From Phenylobacterium sp. (lineage in GTDB: Bacteria; Pseudomonadota; Alphaproteobacteria; Caulobacterales; Caulobacteraceae), in the NCBI GenBank assembly GCA_028290925.1, contig JAQGIX010000331.1, positions 1-32,569 on the forward strand: a stretch of DNA of 32,569 bases, in the 5' to 3' direction. The position numbers were made by a program, and so were the translations under genes. Positions 25,992 through 32,569 of the stretch are shown here, one piece after another. Within the stretch, counting starts at the first letter, position 1. Each line of letters begins with the position of its first letter. Below the pieces are notes generated by a model. It was not told the origin of the DNA, searched no databases, and saw only the letters and a list, made by a program, of their open reading frames with translations.

Positions 25992-26570
25992 TCAGGGCTT
26001 GCCGACGTACTTCTGCTGCTTGGCCTTCACGTCGGCGGGCCAGTCCGGCAACGGGTCGCCCTTCGCCGGGCCGTTGGCCTTCAGCTGCGGCTGGATCACG
26101 TACTCCTCGTGGCAGGCGGTGCAGACCTGATAGATCTTGGCGCCGTCCTCGTAGACGCCCTTGGCGTCGTGCTTCATGGCCGCCGCCTTGCCGATCACCG
26201 CCAGGTCGGTCAGCTGCTGGGCGTATTTGTTCCAGTCGGCCTCCGGCGCCCGCGGCCGGCCGGGCAGCTGCAGCATGTTGCCCGCCTCGATCAGGGTCGC
26301 CGCGCCGCTCTCCAGCGCCTCCCAGCCCGCTTCGGTGGTCGGGGCGAGGCTGCGTTCGCCCTTGGTCGTGACCTCGACGCCCGCGCCCTTCCAGTAGACG
26401 AAGGAGGCCGGGTCGATCACATGAGCCATCAGCTCGTCGACCGGCAGGCTGGTGTTGAACTTGACAGGGGCGGGCAGCGCTACCGGGGCAGCGGCCTTCT
26501 TCTGCGGCGAGCAGGCGGCGAGCAGGGCTGCCGCGCCGACCGCGACGATGGTGAAACGCTTCAAATCCAA
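25992..26570 (-). CDS. lipoprotein with C-terminal CxxCH, class II cytochrome c (c'/c556)-like
   Basis: Lipobox LLAAC20; helical body; single CTACH at residues 150-154; the stop is 1 nt from the receptor start. The start could be TTG 26570 or 26564. Confidence 0.78.
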   Translation of the reverse strand: MDLKRFTIVAVGAAALLAACSPQKKAAAPVALPAPVKFNTSLPVDELMAHVIDPASFVYWKGAGVEVTTKGERSLAPTTEAGWEALESGAATLIEAGNMLQLPGRPRAPEADWNKYAQQLTDLAVIGKAAAMKHDAKGVYEDGAKIYQVCTACHEEYVIQPQLKANGPAKGDPLPDWPADVKAKQQKYVGKP

Positions 26571-26657
26571 TCCCCCTGAACGCCGTCGAACGCAGGCGTG
26601 CAGCTTCGGATACTTTGCAAAGCGCCGCCATGTCCGGTTAAGAACGGTGTCAGGGGC

Positions 26658-26679
26658 CGTTACAGCGACGTTACAGCGA
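26658..26679. promoter_or_regulatory. perfect 11-bp tandem direct repeat, putative winged-helix operator
   Basis: CGTTACAGCGA CGTTACAGCGA, plus an in-phase GTTA at 26637 (two periods upstream). Confidence 0.65.
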
Positions 26680-26690
26680 GGGAGTCCCGC

Positions 26691-27944
26691 TTGGCCGCGG
26701 ACGATATTTCGAGCCTGGCGGCCCGCTTGCGGGAGAAGCAGGCCCTCGGACGCTCCGAGGTGCTCAACCGGCTGTTCGACTATCTCGCCGAGAGCTCGGC
26801 TGCGGGCCTAAAGCCCAAGGAGGTCGAGGTGGCCGCCGCCGTGTTTGGCCGCGACGCCGGCTTCGACGGCGCCCAGGACGCCTCGGTCCGCGTGGCCGCC
26901 CACCGCCTGCGTAAGAAGCTCGAAGAATACTACGCCGGCCCCGGCCGGGCGGATGACGCCCGGCTGGCCTTTCCGCGCGGCGAATACCGCTTCGTCGTGG
27001 CGCCCGCGCAGGCCCCACCCGAAGCCGTCGCGCCAAGCCGAACGGCCCGTCGATATTGGCCCGCCGCGCTCGCCGCCATCCTCGCCCTGAACGCGCTCGC
27101 CTGGGCGGGCTGGTGGGCTGCGCATCGCGACGGCTATGGCCCCGTGCGCCACGCCGCGCCGTGGTCGCAGCTGCTCGGCGGGCCTCGGCCGCTCCTCGTG
27201 GTGGTGGGCGACTATTACATCTTCGGCGACCTCGACCAGGCGACCGGCGCCGGCCGGCTGGTGCGCGAGTACGGGGTCAATTCTCCCCAGGACCTCGACG
27301 CCTGGCTGATGGACCACCCGGAGGCGGTCGGCCGCTACCGCGACCTCGATCTCTTCTACCTGCCGGTCGGGGCCGCCGCCGCCCTGCGCGAGATCATGCC
27401 GGTGCTGGCGGGGAAGGCCGGCGCGCATGACCAGGTGCGCGTGGTCACCGCCTCGGACCTGACGCCGGAGATGCTGAAGCGCAACGATGTGCTCTACGTG
27501 GGTTATCTGAGCGGCCTGCGGCTGCTGCGGGACCCGGTGTTCGCAGGCTCCCGATTCCGGGTCGGCGAGACCTATGACGAGCTGATCGACACCCGCACCG
27601 ACCGCCGCTATGCGAGCCAGGAGGGCGGGCCGGCCGACAGCCAGTCCAGCCAGCGCGACTTCGGTTACTTCGCCGCCTTCCCGGGGCCGAACGGCAACCG
27701 CATCATGATCGTCGCCGGCGCCCGCGACATGGGCCTGATGCAGACCGCCGAGGCGGTCACCAACGCCCGGATGCTGCGCACCCTGGCCCAGGCCGCGCCG
27801 CACGCCGACGCCTTCGAGGCGCTCTACGAAGCCGAGGGCATGGGCCGCGCTAACCTGGGCGGCCGCCTGGTCCTCACCTCGCCGCTGGACGAGGCCCGCA
27901 TCTGGGCGCCACCGCGCAATCCGCCGCGCTTCCCGCAAGGGTAG
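26691..27944 (+). CDS. putative membrane-anchored transcriptional regulator (N-terminal winged-helix-like domain, 1 TM, periplasmic domain)
   Basis: TTG at 26691 after GAGGGAG; RLFDYLAE...EVAAAVFGR...DASVRVAAHRLRKKLEEYY...FPRGEYRF resembles the OmpR/PhoB-type recognition helix and wing; TM WPAALAAILALNALAWAGWW. Confidence 0.72.
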   Translation: MAADDISSLAARLREKQALGRSEVLNRLFDYLAESSAAGLKPKEVEVAAAVFGRDAGFDGAQDASVRVAAHRLRKKLEEYYAGPGRADDARLAFPRGEYRFVVAPAQAPPEAVAPSRTARRYWPAALAAILALNALAWAGWWAAHRDGYGPVRHAAPWSQLLGGPRPLLVVVGDYYIFGDLDQATGAGRLVREYGVNSPQDLDAWLMDHPEAVGRYRDLDLFYLPVGAAAALREIMPVLAGKAGAHDQVRVVTASDLTPEMLKRNDVLYVGYLSGLRLLRDPVFAGSRFRVGETYDELIDTRTDRRYASQEGGPADSQSSQRDFGYFAAFPGPNGNRIMIVAGARDMGLMQTAEAVTNARMLRTLAQAAPHADAFEALYEAEGMGRANLGGRLVLTSPLDEARIWAPPRNPPRFPQG

Positions 27945-28046
27945 GCCGCGACGCCGCGCCCCTTGCGGAGGCAGGCTTGGGCAGGGAGAGTGGCTCACAC
28001 ATTTTTTCCGGGGCCCGCCCCGCCCATTTTCAGACGAAGACATCGC

Positions 28047-29543
28047 ATGGCCGACGAGACGATTTCCCCCGAAATGATCTCCCTGGGCGCCAAGCTCAGC
28101 CAGTACGCCCGCACCCAACCCGACGCCCCGGCCGTCACCTGCGGCGACCAGACGCTGAGCTATGGCGAGCTGGACGCGCGCTCTAACCGCATCTGCCGGG
28201 CCTTGCAGTCGCTGGGCGTCAAGCAGGGCGACCTGGTCACGCTCGGCCTGCCCAACAGCACAGGCTTCGTGGAGGCCTGCTACGGGATCTGGAAGGCCGG
28301 GGCGACGCCGCAGCCGGTGTCGTTCCGCCTGCCGAAGGGCGAGCTGGAAGCGATCATCGAGCTCGCCGGGACGCCGATCGTCATCGCCGACTTCAAGCAC
28401 GAGGTCGCGGTCCCGCTGGTCACCGTCGCAGGCCTGCTCGCCATGTCCGACGACGACAGTCCGGTCCCGGACATGGTCCCGCCGATCTCCAAGGCGCCGA
28501 CCTCGGGCGGCTCCACGGGGCGGCCGAAGCTGATCCTCGCCGGCCAGCCGGGCGTGACGCCGAAGGAGAGCCCCGAGGTGGTGATGTGGCGGCTGATGCG
28601 CGACGAGATCGCGGTGCTGCCCGCGCCCATGTACCACAACGCCGGCTTCGGCATGATGATGGGCGCCACCACCATCGGCTGCCACCTCATCGTCATGCCG
28701 CGCTTCGATCCGGAGTCGACCCTGGCCGAGATCGAGAGGCGCCGCGCGACCTGGGTCTACCTGGTGCCGACCATGATGAACCGCATCTGGCACCTGCCGG
28801 ACGAGGTGCGGGCCAAGTACGACATCGCCTCGCTGCGCACCCTCTGGCACCTGGCGGCGCCCTGCCCGCCCTGGCTGAAGGAGGCCTTCATCCACTGGGT
28901 CGGGCCAGACGTGGTGATGGAGCTCTACGCCGGAACCGAGGCCCAGGCGGTGACCATCATCTCCGGCGCCGAGTGGCTGACCCACAAGGGCTCGGTGGGC
29001 AAGGTGACGGCCGGTGAGATGATCGCCATCGGCGAGGACGGCCAGCCGTTGCCGGCCCGCGAGACCGGCGAGATCTACATGCGTCGGGCGGAGGGCGCGC
29101 CGCCGACCTACAAGTACCTCGGCGCCGAGGCCAAGACCCTGCCCGGCGGCTGGGAGAGCCTGGGCGACATCGGCTGGTTCGACGAGGAGGGCTACCTCTA
29201 CCTCGCCGACCGCCGCACCGACATGATCCTGGTGGGCGGCTCCAACGTCTATCCGGCCGAGGTCGAGGCGGCGCTGGAGGAGTTCCCGGCGGTGCAGTCC
29301 TGCGCAGTCATCGGCATTCCCGACGACGACCTCGGCAACCGGATCCACGCCATCATCCAGGCCAAGGGCAAGGTCGACCCCGAGGCGCTGAGGGCGCACC
29401 TGGCCGAGCGGCTGGTCCCCTACAAGCAGCCGCGCTCCTTCGAGTTCGTCGACGAGCCCTTGCGCGATGACGCCGGCAAGGTCCGCCGTACGGCGCTCCG
29501 GGACGCGCGCATCGCCAAGCTGAAGGAAGGCCAGCCGGCCTGA
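28047..29543 (+). CDS. AMP-binding acyl-CoA synthetase
   Basis: TSGGSTGRPK, APMYHNAG, ELYAGTE, SLGDIGWFDEEGYLYLADRR.DMI, NVYPAEVE, GKVRR. Start trimmed to ATG 28047. Confidence 0.94.
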   Translation: MADETISPEMISLGAKLSQYARTQPDAPAVTCGDQTLSYGELDARSNRICRALQSLGVKQGDLVTLGLPNSTGFVEACYGIWKAGATPQPVSFRLPKGELEAIIELAGTPIVIADFKHEVAVPLVTVAGLLAMSDDDSPVPDMVPPISKAPTSGGSTGRPKLILAGQPGVTPKESPEVVMWRLMRDEIAVLPAPMYHNAGFGMMMGATTIGCHLIVMPRFDPESTLAEIERRRATWVYLVPTMMNRIWHLPDEVRAKYDIASLRTLWHLAAPCPPWLKEAFIHWVGPDVVMELYAGTEAQAVTIISGAEWLTHKGSVGKVTAGEMIAIGEDGQPLPARETGEIYMRRAEGAPPTYKYLGAEAKTLPGGWESLGDIGWFDEEGYLYLADRRTDMILVGGSNVYPAEVEAALEEFPAVQSCAVIGIPDDDLGNRIHAIIQAKGKVDPEALRAHLAERLVPYKQPRSFEFVDEPLRDDAGKVRRTALRDARIAKLKEGQPA

Positions 29544-29550
29544 GCCCTAC

Positions 29551-29654
29551 CGTCATCCTCCGGTCGCGCGCCGATCCGGGGGACCCAAGCGGCGGGGCGA
29601 GCTTTGCATCTTGAGCTTGGGTCCCGCGGATCAGCCTGATTGTGGAGCGGACGG
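29551..29654. repeat. REP/MITE-like palindromic intergenic element, copy 2
   Basis: CGTCATCCTCCGGTCGCGCGCCGATCCGGGGGACCCAAGC...GCTTGGGTCCCGCGGATC...GGAGCGGACGG; inverted arms GGGACCCAAGC/GCTTGGGTCCC. Confidence 0.7.
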
Positions 29655-29708
29655 TCGCCCGCTAATCGCTAACCGCATTGTTCAGATCGAGAGTTCCCGC
29701 GGAGGCTT

Positions 29709-30908
29709 ATGAGCATCAAGGGCAAGGCCTACATCATGGGGGCGTACGAGCATCCGCTCCGCGACGCCCCCGACACCTCCACGCCCCAGCTGCATATGGA
29801 ATGCGCCCTGGGCGCCTTGGCCGACGCCGGCCTCTCCAAGGACGACGTGGACGGCTATTTCTGCGCCGGCGACGCGCCGGGGTTCGGCGGCCTGTCGATG
29901 ATCGACTACATGGGCCTCAAGAACGTCCGCCACATGGATTCCACCGAGACCGGCGGCTCCTCCTACATCGTCCACGTGGGCCACGCGGCGCAGGCGATCG
30001 CGGCCGGCAAGTGCCAGGTGGCGCTGATCACCCTGGCCGGCCGGCCGCGGCACGGCGGCGCCCGGCCGGGCGGGTCCATGCGCGGCCCCGCCGCCGCGCC
30101 GGGCGCGCTTTCCGACGGTCCGCCCGAGGCCGGCTTCGAGAACATCTACGGCGGCTCGACCCACAACACGTACGGCATGTGCGCCATGCGCCACATGTAC
30201 GAGCACGGCACCACCTCCGAGCAGCTGGCCTGGATCAAGGTCGCCGCCTCCCACCACGCCCAGTGGAACGAACACGCCTTCCTGAAGGACGTGGTCACCG
30301 TCGAGCAGGTGGTGAACTCGCGGATGATCTCCGATCCCCTGCACCTGCTGGACTGCTGCGTGGTGACCGACGGCGGCGGCGCGCTGATCGTCACCAGCCC
30401 GGAGATCGCCAGGACGCTGAAGCGGCCGAAGGTGAAGATCATCGGCGCCGGCGAAGCGCCCAAGAGCCCGCTGGGCGGCCAGGGCCTGGACCTGACCTAT
30501 TCGGGCGCCGTCTGGTCGGGGCCGCGCGCCTTCGCCGAGGCGGGGGTGAAGCCCGCCGACATCAAGTACGCCTCGATCTACGACAGCTTCACCATCACCG
30601 TGCTGATGCAGATCGAGGACCTGGGCTTCTGCGAGAAGGGCCAGGGCGGCAGGTTCGTCTCCGACGGCGGCCTGATCTCCGGCGTCGGCAAGCTGCCCTT
30701 CAACACCGACGGCGGCGGGCTGTGCAACAACCACCCCACCAACCGCGGCGGCATCACCAAGGTGATCGAGGCGGTGCGCCAGCTGCGCGGCGAGGCGCAC
30801 CCCAAGGTGCAGGTGAAGAACTGCGATCTGGCGATCGCCCACGGGACCGGCGGCTCGCTCGGCACGCGCCACGCCTCGGCCACCGTGGTCCTGGAACGGG
30901 AGGCCTGA
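29709..30908 (+). CDS. thiolase-like protein (SCP2/Ltp2 type)
   Basis: LDCCVVTDGGGA, SIYDSFTITV, EDLGFCEKGQGG, LPFNTDGGGL, EAVRQLRGEA; GGAGG RBS. Confidence 0.92.
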   Translation: MSIKGKAYIMGAYEHPLRDAPDTSTPQLHMECALGALADAGLSKDDVDGYFCAGDAPGFGGLSMIDYMGLKNVRHMDSTETGGSSYIVHVGHAAQAIAAGKCQVALITLAGRPRHGGARPGGSMRGPAAAPGALSDGPPEAGFENIYGGSTHNTYGMCAMRHMYEHGTTSEQLAWIKVAASHHAQWNEHAFLKDVVTVEQVVNSRMISDPLHLLDCCVVTDGGGALIVTSPEIARTLKRPKVKIIGAGEAPKSPLGGQGLDLTYSGAVWSGPRAFAEAGVKPADIKYASIYDSFTITVLMQIEDLGFCEKGQGGRFVSDGGLISGVGKLPFNTDGGGLCNNHPTNRGGITKVIEAVRQLRGEAHPKVQVKNCDLAIAHGTGGSLGTRHASATVVLEREA

Positions 30909-30910
30909 GA

Positions 30911-31327
30911 ATGTCCGAGACCCAAGACCGCCCGGCCCTGATGACCCGGCCGATCCCGGCCCCCGCCGTCAGCGTCGAGACCAAGCCGTTCTGGGACGCG
31001 GCCGCCGAGGGCCGGTTCCTGATCAAGCGCTGCGTCGCCTGCGGCAAGGCCCACTGGTACCCGCGCGCCTACTGCCCGTTCTGCGACGGCGGCGAGACGG
31101 TGTGGGAGGAAAGCCCCGGCGAGGGCGTGATCTACACCTACTCCGTCATGCACCGCTCGCCGAGCGGGCCTTACGCCATCGGCTATGTGACGCTGGACGA
31201 AGGCCCCGCCGTGCTGACCAACTTCGTGGGCGTGGCGCCCGACGGCCTCGCCATCGGGATGCGCGTGAAGGTGCAGTTCCAGCCCACCGAGGGCGGGCCG
31301 CCGGTCCCGGTGTTCGCGCCCGTCTGA
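30911..31327 (+). CDS. Zn-ribbon OB-fold (DUF35/ChsH2-like) protein
   Basis: ATG 2 nt after the thiolase stop; PFWDAAAEGRFLIKRCVACG...PRAYCPFC (2x CxxC), G.IYTYSV, VTLDEGP, IGMRVKVQF. The ORF-track extension to 29678 is spurious. Confidence 0.93.
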   Translation: MSETQDRPALMTRPIPAPAVSVETKPFWDAAAEGRFLIKRCVACGKAHWYPRAYCPFCDGGETVWEESPGEGVIYTYSVMHRSPSGPYAIGYVTLDEGPAVLTNFVGVAPDGLAIGMRVKVQFQPTEGGPPVPVFAPV

Positions 31328-31331
31328 CCCG

Positions 31332-31883
31332 TCAGCCCAGGCACGACTCCGCTGCCAGTCTGGCGATCAGCGGCTGCGCCTCGCGCGGCCGGCGCAGGCG
31401 ATGTTTGTCCAGGCGCGCCAGGCGCGGGTCGGCGAACAAGGCCTCATACTGCTTGCGGCGGCGCTCGAAGGTGTCCCACGCCCAGCGGATCGGGTGTTCC
31501 CGGTCGAGCCAGCGGCGGAAGTCCTCCCGGTTGCCGGTGCCCGGCCACAGCTCGCGTCCGCTGAGCGCGCGGAGCAGGCTCCTGCGGATCACCCGCTGCA
31601 TGACGAGGGGTCGGGGATAGTCCAGCCAGATGAGGTGGGTCGCCCTGGGCAGGGTCAGGACCATCGCGGCGCGGTAATTCCCATCCGTGACCCAGCGCTC
31701 CACGGCGATGGCCTCGGCGACGAGATGTTCGAAAAGCTCGGGATCGACAGCCGAGCGGTCTGTCCAGTCCGACCCCCAGTTCAGGGCGTCGAGCTCGACC
31801 CGCGCCAGGTCGCAGGCCGCGGCCAGGTGGCGGGCGAAGGTCGACTTGCCGGACCCCGAACTGCCGACGACCACCACGCGCAC
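31332..31883 (-). CDS. adenylate-kinase-like P-loop protein (FlaR/topology-modulation family)
   Basis: VVVVGSSGSGKST, ELDALNW, WVTDGNY, IWLDYPR. Confidence 0.85.
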   Translation of the reverse strand: MRVVVVGSSGSGKSTFARHLAAACDLARVELDALNWGSDWTDRSAVDPELFEHLVAEAIAVERWVTDGNYRAAMVLTLPRATHLIWLDYPRPLVMQRVIRRSLLRALSGRELWPGTGNREDFRRWLDREHPIRWAWDTFERRRKQYEALFADPRLARLDKHRLRRPREAQPLIARLAAESCLG

Positions 31884-31884
31884 G

Positions 31885-32569
31885 TCACGCCTCCTCGCCC
31901 TCGCTCACCTCGGCCAGCACCTCGGCGGTGTGCTCGCCCAGGCGGGGCGGGTGGCGGCGGATGTTGGCGGGGGTCTTGGAGAACTTCACCGGCGGTCGCA
32001 TGGCGACGTACCGGCCGAGCTCCGGGTGCTGGAAGGTCTGGAAGAAGTCCACGGCCTTCAGGTGCGGGTCCTCCGGCAGCTCGTCCAGGCGGTTGGTCTT
32101 CACCACCGGGATGGACAGGGGCTTCAACACGTCGAGCCACTCCTGGGTGGTCTTGGTGGCGGCGGCCTGCTCGACCAGGCCGTAGAGCTCGCTGATGTGC
32201 TTCATGCGGGTGAAGTAGTCGGCGAAGCGCGGGTCCCTGGCGATGGTCTCGCCCATGCCCGCGGCCTCGAAGAACTGGTCCCACTGCTGGTCGGTATAGG
32301 GCAGCAGGCCGATGTAGCCGTCCTTGGTCTTGAACGGCTTGCGGTTGGGGTTGACCACCCGGGTGTAGCCCCACTGGCCGGTCGGCGGGTCGTAGGTTTG
32401 GTCGTACATGTGCTCGACCAGCAGGAAGCTCGTCACGCACTCCAGCATCGGTACCTCGACGAACTGGCCCTCGCCGGTGCGCGCCCGGTGCAGCAGGGCG
32501 GCGGTCACCGCCTGGCTCAGGAACAGCCCGCAGACCTTGTCGGCCACCAGGGTGGGCAGGATGCGCGGC
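31885..32569 (-). CDS. CaiB/BaiF family III CoA transferase; 5' part lies beyond the right edge
   Basis: PTLVADKVCG, ALLHRARTGEGQFVEVPMLE, FKTKDGYI, DPRF, PPRLGEHTAEVL. Confidence 0.94.
   Translation of the reverse strand, partial: PRILPTLVADKVCGLFLSQAVTAALLHRARTGEGQFVEVPMLECVTSFLLVEHMYDQTYDPPTGQWGYTRVVNPNRKPFKTKDGYIGLLPYTDQQWDQFFEAAGMGETIARDPRFADYFTRMKHISELYGLVEQAAATKTTQEWLDVLKPLSIPVVKTNRLDELPEDPHLKAVDFFQTFQHPELGRYVAMRPPVKFSKTPANIRRHPPRLGEHTAEVLAEVSEGEEA

Noticed and set aside
26616-26630. Sigma54-like TGGC...TTGCA on the minus strand upstream of the cytochrome gene
   Set aside because: The GG-to-GC spacing is 9 nt, whereas sigma54 requires 10.
29678-30910. 549-aa ORF suggesting a fusion or frameshift with DUF35
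   Set aside because: The upstream part is an off-frame read of the thiolase gene. DUF35 has its own ATG at 30911 and I saw no slippery site.
1-32569. CRISPR array, transposase, prophage or known defence genes
   Set aside because: I saw no regularly spaced repeat-spacer units and no hallmark proteins.

Overview
Very GC-rich, gene-dense alphaproteobacterial chromosome segment. Gene content and intergenic palindromes suggest Caulobacteraceae (Phenylobacterium/Caulobacter-like); this is an inference. It holds about 30 protein genes plus tRNA-Ser(CGA). They cover transport (two MFS, an orphan OppA-like lipoprotein, a TonB-dependent receptor), stress and repair (AlkB-like, Dps, Usg, GlsB/YeaQ), acyl-CoA catabolism (crotonase, CoA ligase, Cys-less thiolase-like protein plus DUF35, CaiB transferase, PaaI thioesterase), a secreted beta-propeller/phosphoesterase, an autotransporter, and an EF-hand protein followed by an OmpR/EnvZ-type pair. 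I saw no integrase, transposase, phage structural gene or CRISPR array. The best candidate for an undescribed system is at 23446-27944: a membrane-anchored winged-helix-like regulator divergent from a cytochrome c'-like lipoprotein and a TonB-dependent receptor, with a perfect 11-bp tandem repeat between them. Other notable items are a CIRCE operator in front of usg with no groESL nearby, a minimal 2H-phosphoesterase-like ORF, two copies of a REP-like palindrome, and a 15-bp motif shared by two divergent promoter regions. All product calls come from motif recognition by eye; no searches were run.
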